A DNA stretch of 63,909 nt, filler included, from Hausera hauseri (Eukaryota), in NCBI GenBank assembly GCA_046269625.1. It is 12 parts of 12 records of this genome, joined end to end, with 100 filler letters (N's around TTAATTAATTAA, not from the genome) between each part and the next. Parts side by side here need not be neighbours in the genome. Positions count along the whole stretch, not along the records: positions 40,855 to 50,734 come from JBJURY010274396.1; positions 50,835 to 55,174 come from JBJURY010627775.1; positions 55,275 to 59,589 come from JBJURY010639663.1; 9 more parts are not named here. The stretch is one strand, 5' to 3'. Both the position numbers and the translations under genes were made by a program. Below the pieces are notes generated by a model, which saw nothing but the letters and a program-made list of their open reading frames with translations, was not told where the DNA came from and did no database searches. This document shows positions 48,405 through 58,180 of this stretch, piece by piece; positions within the stretch are counted from its first letter, which is position 1; each line of letters begins with the position of its first letter.

Positions 48405-49739
48405 TTATAGCAGTTTTTTGGCTATCAATCGACAAAACGCAATTATCATTATGAGAGCAAATGTTGGTGATCCAATAATCGATATTAGTGATAAGGTTGT
48501 CCATTCAGTTAGTTTTTCCCTTTTAGTAGTAGTCGTAATTTCGTCTTCCTTTTCCTCGTTAATCGGTGGTTTCGTTGAAACAATCTCGTTGAGGGTCCGC
48601 GCCGTAAACATTCTCCTTTGTTTGTTTTCTGCACTCATTTGTATTATATAGTCCGTTTTGGGTTTCAGACCAGTGCATTTGGTTCGATAGCTACTCTTAA
48701 CCAATGTTACTTTCTAATTATTGTGTAATGTTCGGCAGTTTATTTTTACGTTGTAGTTAAGGATCTCTTCCACCATGAACGTTATTTCATGCTGTTGTGT
48801 CCAATATTTTATAGGAATTATTTCTAGATCCTTCTGAGACGATCTATTCGTTGGAATGACTTTGATGAGTGCGGGAGTAGTAGACTTTATTTTTGTATTT
48901 GTAATTCTACTCGTTGTCATTCCAGGTGAATTTTGCTCGATCGGATTTCTAAATTGGTAGCTTCCTAGATAAATACTCGACTGGTTTGTTCTGACTTCAT
49001 ATGAGTTTAACTAAATCCTATATTTATATTTCTGGGGTAACTTGCAACATCTTTTCGGTTGTTCGACGTCGATTTGACAGTACTGTTGGTTGTGAGCTGG
49101 TATATTCTCTTTCAGGAACTGGACCGTTATTACTCGACCGTTAATTAATTGTCCCTTTGTATTTATTTAGGCACAATTGTCCTTTGGATTTTCTGTTATA
49201 CTGGCGATATTTTCTTTCAGCATCCGATTTACTGGGTCGACGGACTGGAGCATTTCTTTGGGTTTTATCCCACGATGCCTGTTCGAAGCAGGGATGACTA
49301 ATTGGAATTGTGGTTTTATTTCATAGATTTTAGATAATTTCGGTAGATATAGTCGATAGGTAAGGTTATAAGTGCGTCCGAGATCCGTATTGCAGCATTG
49401 CTTATGCTCTCCGGGCTCAAAATCACAATTCTTTGCTTCTTTTGTTATTACATCCTCTAGGACGATTTGAAATCTTCCAAAATTGTGGTGTGGTCTCTGT
49501 GCCTTAAATCCAACTCATGTGGAGTTCGGCGAGTAATATTGAATTGTGACTGATTTTAATAACGTAATATCTTCTTGTCTTTGCGTTTCCTCTATTGTTG
49601 GTATCTTTTCCCCTGGTTTGGATCTACTTTTCCGCGCTCCATATACGTTTTTTAGTGTAGATCCGTCGTGCCACCATTGAGTTTCTGTTCCCGGAATATA
49701 AGAAGCAATTAGCGATAATGCTAAAACTATCTGAACGTA
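48405..49739 (-). pseudogene. Env-position type I membrane protein (signal-like segment, 2 x C-x9-CC modules, FN3-like module, TM)
   Basis: In frame behind the integrase TGA: YVQIVLALSLIASYIPG, CDFEPGEHKQCC, CQIDVEQPKRCC, GLKPKTDYIIQMSAEN and LSLISIIGSPTFALIMIIAFC; several stops. Confidence 0.72.
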
Positions 49740-50734
49740 TCATGTCGGTCTGGTGATAACTGACGAGGTCTTGTTTTCTTGTGGTCTTAGATTGTAATGT
49801 TTAGCTGGCCTTATATCCGTTCTAACTACTCTTTGGATCGATACGACTTCCTCTCTTCCGTTTTTATTGACATAAATCGTGGTTGGTGTTGTACGGATGA
49901 TTTCGTATGATCTTCTTTCAGTACGTGTTAATTTCAAGGATGTACCTTTCTTCATGACTGAGTAATGTATATAAACCAAATTTACCTTTTCCAGATCATG
50001 AGGCTTAGTCTTTTTATCATATTGTTTTTTAAATAGTTCCTGGCATTTGAGTGATAATGTTTTCGCAACTTCCCAACACTTTTGTAATCTCGTCTGTAGG
50101 ACTTCGGCAAAGTTTTGCTCTAAATCTTCGAGGTTCTTTTCGGACTGTGTCATGCCTAGATCTGTGGGTAAGATTGCTTCTCGTCCATGCATCATAAAGA
50201 ACGGTGTAAACCCTGTTTCTGGATGTGGAGTCGTATTAATCGCGAACTGTGTTCCTTCTAGGAATTCATCCAAATCCTTTTGTTCTTTTGCCACTACTGT
50301 TGAAAGTATGTGGATGACTGTCGTGTTCATTCGTTCGACCATTCCATTACATTGTGGGTGGTATGCGGTAGTAGTTAAACATCTTATTTCAAATATCTTG
50401 GTAATTTTTTCGAATAATTTGCTTGTGAAGTTCCTTTTTCTGTCCGATAAAATCTGTTCAGTTGGTCCGTATCTGCAGATGATTTTTCTTACCACTGCGT
50501 CGGCTAGAGTTTCTGCCTTTTGATCTAATAGTGCCACTAGTTCTACAAAGTGCGTTAGTCGGTCCACGCATGTCAGATTATATCTATTATTTTTGTGAGT
50601 TTTAGGAAGGGGTCCTACTATATCCATAGACATGGCTTGCATAGGTCTATCTGGTACGTTTATGGGTTTTAATTCTGCTACGTAGCACTTTGTTTTCTTT
50701 CGTTTTGCCGAGCAAACTTCGCACGCTCCTACCC
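49740..50734 (-). CDS. Gypsy integrase (C-terminal part of pol)
   Basis: CEVC, MDIVGPLP, LSD, TTAYHPQCNGMVER and TGFTPF motifs. The C-terminus SLKLTRT...EVVSIQ is shared with 30838-31000. Confidence 0.93.
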
Positions 50735-50834
50735 NNNNNNNNNNNNNNNNNNNNNNNNNNNNNNNNNNNNNNNNNNNNTTAATTAATTAANNNNNNNNNN
50801 NNNNNNNNNNNNNNNNNNNNNNNNNNNNNNNNNN

Positions 50835-52604
50835 AGACGTACTAATATAACTATCAGTACTAGCATCGTCTAAGAGGACATTTATTCTTTCTTCATACTC
50901 TCCATTGCTTACTATCACTGGAATTGTTCTTAGCGACACTTCATCTTGCTCTTCTGTACTATGTCTTCCTGTTACATAGCTCTTGTTTTGATCTTTCTTA
51001 AATTTTTCTAATTCATTCGAACTTCTGTCGCTTTTACTTTGTGAGGATTCTCGTAACTTGTCCGGTTTAATGCTATCTGACGTATGTCTTCGATTACTAG
51101 TCCGTCCAACTTGCTTTTCACTCTTCTGTGAGTCTGATTCTGTAGTTTCATGCGCGAACTGACATTCATCGCCGTTTCTGCAGTTCCCTTGTTGGTAATA
51201 TCTGCATATCTTCTTATTTTTATCCTCTTTTTCATTACTTCCATGGGAATATTTGCATTTCTTCCCGAAAGTGCAATTTCCCTTTGCGTACGCCCAACAT
51301 GCTCCTTTAACAATTGGCATTTTGCCCGTGACTTCTGTGAAGTGGTTATAATGCTGATTTACCCTTTTTTCTTCTGTACCCTGACTTTTGCGGTGATCAT
51401 GGCCTTGGAAATATTTATAATCATTAGGTCTCGCACCTCCTCTTCTCTAATACATCTATTCCATGCGCGGATTCCGCTGATACTCGACGAATATCGGTTT
51501 CTTCCTCCAACCAATATTTTAACTCGCCGACGGTTTCATCTCTTCTACAACTTCTACGATATCTTTCCCATTGACTGATTAATGTCTCCGGTAACTTCTC
51601 TAGTACAATTTTATATAGTAGCCCACTATCAAGGTCATTCTCTTTGTTCAGGTTTCTAAGTCGCACCACAACGGCTTCCGATAGTGATACTAAGTTGTCT
51701 ATCTGCTTGACATTGTTCAGACTTACTTTCTCGAACATTCGGATTTCATCTATTAACGCAGCGAAATTTCTTTGCTTTCCACCATAAAACCTTTCGAGTT
51801 TCTGCAGTATTGCTTTGTACGACGTTTCGCTGATTCCAAAATTTGCTACTAACTTCTTTGCTTCACCGCTGAGACAGGCTTCTAACTTTATCTGTTTTTC
51901 TATTGCTGATACTAAAATTCGATGTACACAAACCTCAAACGTTTGTCTCCATCTGTAATTGTAATCTCTGTGATCTTTTGCCGATTTTTTTCTTGTTCGC
52001 TCCGATTAGCAACTATACCCCGTAGTCCTGCTACTACATCGGCACTTAACTGACTCAAGACCTCTCTATCTTGAATCAGGTCTTCTAGTTCATCGGTTCT
52101 GTTTTGCTGTCTCGCTATAATCTGAAGTTCTAGCATTTCCGACACTGTTTGTTCATACGTTTTGCAGAAATCATCATAAGTCCTTTTAAGTCCTTCTTCT
52201 GAATTATCCGCATATAGCTTTCCATGCATATTTTCTAACCTTGACTTCAATTTACCCTTTATCAGAAATCTTGTTTCGAATTCCTTTGTTAATCGTTTTG
52301 TGTTTTCCGAACTCGCCTTAAGTTTCTTCTCATAATTTTTATTTGACTTTTTGCTCCCTTCTTTTAATCCTAGAATTAAATGTATGGTGGTTCCATGAGC
52401 TAACTCCTCCACATCCTTGTCCGTCCTTATTCTTTTACCTTGATAGAAGACTTTTAAAGATTCTGCTGATACCTTCAATTTTCCTTCTATTTTGGCAATT
52501 AATTCATTTACTAATTTGATCTTCTCCACATTGATTTGGGTTAATACACCTTCTCAAACTCTTATAAACACTTGTTTGACGTTTTTCTCATCTTTTCTTT
52601 CCAT
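50835..52604 (-). pseudogene. BEL/Pao Gag-protease: ubiquitin-like domain, coiled coil, DUF1759-like capsid, 2 CCCH fingers, aspartic protease
   Basis: EKQIKLEACLSGEAKKLV...LERFYGG...LEKLPETL (BEL gag) and LRTIPV...NVLLDDAST (BEL protease). One stop and frameshifts. Confidence 0.85.
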
Positions 52605-53148
52605 TTGGGAAGTGTGATTCTTTTATTTATGTATCCATTTTCTTTCCGTCTCCTTTTGTTTCTAACCAAGATCTTTTAAGAACTACGGCCCCTTGGTCTA
52701 ATTTTAATCGGCATTCTGCCCAAGACTTAACCATATCCTCACTAAGCGGCACTTCACCAATTTCACCGCAACTCACAGAAGTACTTTCATAACCTTCTAC
52801 GACCTGGTCTGTGAGTTAGGTGTCCCTTGAGAAGATTTTCGCTTCACCAATTTTAAGCCAACGGAGATGAGAAGTACCCGAAACAAGAAGAACATGAAAA
52901 TTTCTCAATACAATCAGAGGTCGTGATTTACACTCCCGGATCACGAGGGGGAGCGTAAACCATGCTCTGCTACCATTTGAATGAAATTTTATACGAGAAC
53001 GATGCAGTAAATTATATATATCTCCTATTAGATGATTGGCCAATTGATCACTGTTATCACTACCTGATGCAATCTTTGTCGTCTTTTCACTGGGCCCATT
53101 TAAGCTTTTCCTTGAAATTTACATATTCTTACCCTCAATTGAAAAATT

Positions 53149-54177
53149 TTAAACCAAATAACCGTTCAGGCATGTGTTGATTTTAAAGTTATGTACATTA
53201 TCTATGAAGCCACGTTTCGTTTCTATCAAATTATCGCATAGGTATGTATTCAATTCATGACTAAATACGTATTTTCTTAACCTAAGCATCTTTAAATTTA
53301 AACCATGTTTTATAAGTTTAGAGCCATTACATTTTATAAAGCTGGCAAATAAAAAACGGAATAGCGTGTAAATGCAGTCGAATAAAACGACTGAAACAAC
53401 CGTGAGGAAAAGAACAAAATAACGAGAGTAACGTTTATTAGGTTCTCGTAAATCGTCCGCCGAGGCGTACGATACATCCGTGGAGGACAGCTCCTGGTTG
53501 GCTCGGGGTTTTCGACGTACACAGATCGGAGTATCATCTGAACTCGAGTCTGTCGAAGTTGGCTCTCGTGTCGGTTCCAACCGGTGGCTAGGGAGTGGTA
53601 TGGAAACATCATCTGGGCTGGAGCTCACTGTCCTAGCCGTCCGCTTGTGAGTAGTTCGTCGGTCAGGAATCAACTGGCTATCCGATGGAACCAGCGATTT
53701 GTACAGGCGATCGGTTGCCACCATCAGTCGCAGGAACACTGGAAGGAAAATCGACGAGTCGAAGAGATGCCGGTTATCCCCGTCCTGGTAAAACCAATGG
53801 AGCGTGCTTGCCGGTAGAGAGTATGGATCCTCTCTCTCCAACACGACCAAGTGTCGCACAAAGCGACTCCTTTGCAGGAGTTCCCGTACCGTCAGAAAGT
53901 CCGAATAGGACCGGTACGGAGCTCGCTTGTGTGTATCGCGACGGCGTTTTCCGTTGGAGGCGGCGTCTCGCTTGGTAATTGGCTCGCCGGGTTTGGTGGT
54001 GTCCGGGTCTTGTGTCGTTGTCGAGTCACGTTGGGTTCTCTTAGGAATCCTGTAGTTCGGAGCGAGCCGTATATTCATTTCGGTGACGGCGACGTCGGCG
54101 GTCCGAGTTCTAGCATCGTCTCTGCCGAGCAGTTCTCCTGGTTTGGAAGATTTTGGAATATTTGTTCGCACAGGCAT
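53149..54177 (-). CDS. Unknown retroelement-associated protein (342-aa ORF; true end possibly near 53400)
   Basis: Long open frame with a homologue at 18257-18730 showing many synonymous differences. Confidence 0.6.
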   Translation of the reverse strand: MPVRTNIPKSSKPGELLGRDDARTRTADVAVTEMNIRLAPNYRIPKRTQRDSTTTQDPDTTKPGEPITKRDAASNGKRRRDTHKRAPYRSYSDFLTVRELLQRSRFVRHLVVLEREDPYSLPASTLHWFYQDGDNRHLFDSSIFLPVFLRLMVATDRLYKSLVPSDSQLIPDRRTTHKRTARTVSSSPDDVSIPLPSHRLEPTREPTSTDSSSDDTPICVRRKPRANQELSSTDVSYASADDLREPNKRYSRYFVLFLTVVSVVLFDCIYTLFRFLFASFIKCNGSKLIKHGLNLKMLRLRKYVFSHELNTYLCDNLIETKRGFIDNVHNFKINTCLNGYLV

Positions 54178-54323
54178 GTTGACTGGTTTCGATGTTTCTC
54201 CATTTTTGTTTTAGAAAATTTCTGTTCGATCCTTGATCTGTGGATTTAAACTAATGTATTAAATCCACAGATCTTGATTGCTTTTATTTTGTAAGTGCTG
54301 GTTATTTCGGCACTTGTAATTCC

Positions 54324-54450
54324 GTGATTTAATTTGTGATTTTATTTTGGGTTTATTTTTAATTTTATTTGATCGTTTAAGCTATTCAGTGATTTAATTT
54401 GTGATTTTATTTTGGGTTTAATTTTAATTTTATTTGATGGTTTAAGCTTT
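54324..54450. repeat. Tandem repeat, about 65-bp unit, 2 copies
   Basis: GTGATTTAATTTGTGATTTTATTTTGGGTTTA...GTTTAAGCT occurs twice. Confidence 0.8.
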
Positions 54451-55274
54451 TACATTTTTTTAATCCGTAATTTATTTATTTGATAGATTTTAATTTTGAG
54501 AAAAATTTGGTGAATTTTATAAATAATTTGAAAAATAATTTTAATGTTTTGTAAGGTGGAACCTTACAAGGCTCCCCCGCCTGAAAATAAAAATTAAAAT
54601 TAATTGGGGATTTTAATTTTGAATAATTTTGCAATGGTTTTGGTTGTGCATGAAAGTCAATAAATTTTTATTTTCATTTAATAAAATTTAGATATTTTTG
54701 CATGTTGACGAATATGTCAACTAATTTTTTCTTTTATTCTATGAAAGATTTGTACGATTTTAATTAAAATTTTTATTTATTTTCTATGTAGAATGTTCAA
54801 TCATATTTGTTCCATATGGAATATCTTTTAATCATCGAAGGGATAGTTGAAGAAGAATGATCGATTTAACAACATTCAAGCCAATTTAACAATTGATAGT
54901 ATTGTTATTTTTAAAATTATAATTTTTATTTGTGTGGTATGACTAAATATATATCAATATCTTCCATTTATTTTTGTTTATTTACAAAAATATTTATGAC
55001 CACTTCATCTGAGAAAGATTTATTGATATGTAAAATTAAAATTTCATGATCAGTTCAACTTCACTTTAACTTTTACGGAATTTGTATATTTTTAACTTAT
55101 TTTTAAATTTCCTTACTTCGTTTATTATTTGTTTAAATATTCCATTGTTTACGTTCCATTTTTTGCAATTATATNNNNNNNNNNNNNNNNNNNNNNNNNN
55201 NNNNNNNNNNNNNNNNNNTTAATTAATTAANNNNNNNNNNNNNNNNNNNNNNNNNNNNNNNNNNNNNNNNNNNN

Positions 55275-55496
55275 TTCGAATTGGAAAATTCCAGTCTCAA
55301 ACTAACATTTATTCATTTGACACAAGGCTTTGGAGAAATAGCTGGACTATCGATATTGGGTTTTTTGTTCGAAAAATTTGGAAGTTTATTTTACCCTTTA
55401 ATACAGGGTGGATCAGCAATATTCATCAGTGGACTTTTACAGTTTGCCACATACTACTATAGAAAACGAATTATTCGACTAACTATAGTAAAATAA
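55275..55496 (+). CDS. C-terminal part of a multi-pass membrane protein, possibly an MFS/SLC16-type transporter
   Basis: Two hydrophobic Gly-rich helices with a GFLFEKFGS loop, ending in a basic tail and stop. Confidence 0.4.
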   Translation, partial: FELENSSLKLTFIHLTQGFGEIAGLSILGFLFEKFGSLFYPLIQGGSAIFISGLLQFATYYYRKRIIRLTIVK

Positions 55497-55929
55497 AGAT
55501 ATTTATACCATTCTTGCGATTTTTCTTTATTTATAATATAATTATTTTGATTTTATACTTGATGGCAAACAAGTTACTTCGTCAATATTTTTTCATATTG
55601 ATAATTTTAGCCAACATCCGATTGCCTCTTCAGGAAATTACAACTGGATTTTTTATTATATCAAGTTACATAAATAACAAAAACAATTAATGTAGCGCAT
55701 CAAAGCGAGTAGAACAGCTAACAGAGAGGAATTAAATATCTTTGATAATATAAATTTTTTGTAAAATTTTAGCATATTGCAGATAAAAATGTAGAGAATT
55801 CTTGAAAACTTGGCTTCTCACAAGAGTCCAGTTGACACTAAAATTGTATATTTTATAACAATGTGGTAACAACTCCCCCACATTTGCTTGTCTTCTTAAT
55901 TTCCAAGTAAGCAAACGCATAATACTGTA

Positions 55930-56900
55930 AGCATAGAATACAGATGTGGCAAGAACGTGTTTGTCTTCGTATCAGTGCTGATGAAGAGCACCCACTGCCT
56001 GAGAAAACCGGGAATACTAAAGGCAGACTTAAAGAGCGGTAAATTATGGATGGATTGGCAGAGGATATTTAATATATATGTGTGAGAGAGAGAGGCTGTG
56101 AGTGGGAGAGTAAAATGGAAGACGTCATTTGTGTGTAATGGAGGAACACATAAACGTGAATGGTAAAGATCTAAGACTGATAAAGAACTTGTGCTGGCAA
56201 CAGAAGGTTAGAGAGATAAGATAGGGTTGTTTTCTATCCCTGTTCTCCCTATATAGTGAAAACATAATGAGATCAATAGCAGATTTGCCCGGATTAAAAG
56301 TTGATGGATATAATGTAATTTAAATAACTTACGCTATGCAGATGACACTGTGCTAATAGCAACAGTATAATATTAAACCCATATTCCCGTATGGATGAAT
56401 ATCGTGGACATCGAGGAAACGATTGGAAAATTATTTGAAAGCAACAGAGACGTGGTTTCTCAGTAGAATGTTGAATATCCTATTGCAGGAAGAACAAATG
56501 AAGATGTTATGCACGAAGCAGAAAGAACGCTTATCAGTAAGATCAGAAAGAGACAAACATCTATGATTGTCTATATTTTAAGAAGAGGAGGTCTGGAGAA
56601 CTTGATCACTACAGGCAAAATACCAGAAAATAAAGGTAGTGGACGGCAGAGAATGAAGTGTAAGACAGATCTGTTATTGTAAAAAGAGCGCCTTGCAGAG
56701 CCGGAGAGAAGGGGAATTTATTGCTAGAAAATCCAGGAGAAATAGTCCCATGTTCTTCCGTCGGGATTTGAACCCCGTACCTCTAGCACTCAAGACGGAC
56801 ATCCTACCCCCAGAACACTGAGCCCCATAGATGACTGGGGACACCAGGAATCGCGAGAGATGCAGTTCCATGACGACTTACGCTTCATAGCGTGGTACCT
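55930..56900 (+). mobile_element. RTE-clade non-LTR retrotransposon remnant
   Basis: NNLRYADDTVLIA and RRGGLENLITTGKIxxxKGSGRQR; interrupted by a SINE-like insert. Confidence 0.8.
56680..56826 (-). mobile_element. tRNA-derived SINE-like sequence
   Basis: Minus-strand head with B box GGTTCAAATCCC and a degenerate A box; no intact cloverleaf. Confidence 0.55.
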
Positions 56901-57099
56901 GATAATGTTGATGTTTTCACAGTAAATGGAGAACAGGTTCTGCGATGGAACACAACACGTTCGGATACATTGTTCTTACCTTTTAGACTGGTTCTGTTTG
57001 TCTTCTTTTCGTATTGTTGTTTTTAGTTGCAAGTGAAGAGTAACGCAAAATTCCTGTACCCGTTATTGAATATGTCATCGCGCTGGGCATATTAACTCA

Positions 57100-57660
57100 T
57101 TATCATCATGTGGCCTGTCTTTTCCAGAACGTAGCTTCCATCACAGCCCATCTGAAAGATTCTGTCTCTAGCCTGCCTCCCTCAAGTTCATGTTCAAAGG
57201 CCCCCTGACGTATTAATGTGTCCAACATAATCGTGGTCGTTCCTTGCTGCGTGTGCCATGAACAATAATTGCAATTACTGTTCTTGCCAGACCGTAATGG
57301 CTTTTAGCGTGGCCATGGAATTTCAATGTTCGAGACATGATACTGTTGATGAGCCAATCGTTCGTGGTATTCAGTTCTTGGAGTATATCTTTGTTTTTTT
57401 TTTTCCTCTCTTTTTAGTCCATGATATTCTTAGGACTTTTCTGTAGCATTTTGTTTCAAACGAATCTACCATTTTCATTATCGCTTGTGTTATAGTCCAC
57501 GACTCACTTCCATAGGTCGCCACAGGAAAGATATACGTTCTTAAAAGCTTTACTTTGACTGAGTTGTTGGTGTCATGCCAGACTCTTCATGCTGTTTAAC
57601 ATCTGAATTGCTATAGCTAATCTCCTTCTCACTTCCTTTGAGCAGTCTTCCTTAATGTAA
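57100..57660 (-). mobile_element. Second RTE-clade LINE 3' remnant
   Basis: DCSKEVRRRLAIA and FPVATYGSESWT...FETKCYRKVLRISW motifs. Confidence 0.8.
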
Positions 57661-57952
57661 AGTAAAATCCATTGTAGACGCCTAAGAAGGCGTATAGGCA
57701 AATATGGAGTTAGCATCCACATATTTTCCTAGACATCGACACATAATTGGGTTATGTTGTCAGCATAACGCCAGCCGCATTTACTTTCCCAGAGAATTTC
57801 TCTACTACTGATTTTTTAGGGTGGGTGGACCCTGGAGCCATTTTGCCTGAGGGAAATAGTTATTTGGAGATTGAAGCACCTATAGACTTGTCTAGAATGC
57901 AGTCACGATAAACCAGCTTATAACTCATCATAAGTTTTTTGTTTTAAAACAG

Positions 57953-58180
57953 GTGTTTTGAACTTCTTCAATGAGCAGCTTAGAGCGGAACCAGAGATGT
58001 CTGCAGCTGTTGCAGCTATCAAAACACTTCTCATGCTTCATTCTTTTTTCCCCCAACACATATCTACAATAAAGATTGTCTTGTTATATCAGTTTTGCTG
58101 TTTTCACTGTACTGTAATACAGGTTTAGCTGCACATACAGTTGCAAGGTAACGGGCAAACTAAGCTGAAATCCTTAAATA
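57953..58180 (+). pseudogene. EIF2B1: Fragment resembling eIF2B alpha N-terminal exons
   Basis: After an AG acceptor it reads VLNFFNEQLRAEPEMSAAVAAIKTLL (compare YFxxQMxxDPDMxSAVAAIRTLL). The next segment has stops. Confidence 0.5.

Larger units (their letters stand above)
40855..50734 (-). mobile_element. Large Ty3/gypsy element(s): INT - membrane protein - accessory ORFs - PPT - LTR - PBS - gag
   Basis: See the component features; all are on the minus strand. Confidence 0.9.

Noticed and set aside
56750-56826. tRNA gene
   Set aside because: Only the B box/T arm is good and the acceptor stem does not pair; better explained as a SINE head.
57660-57850. SINE/MITE-like segment
   Set aside because: Only a vague resemblance; no boundaries or second copy.
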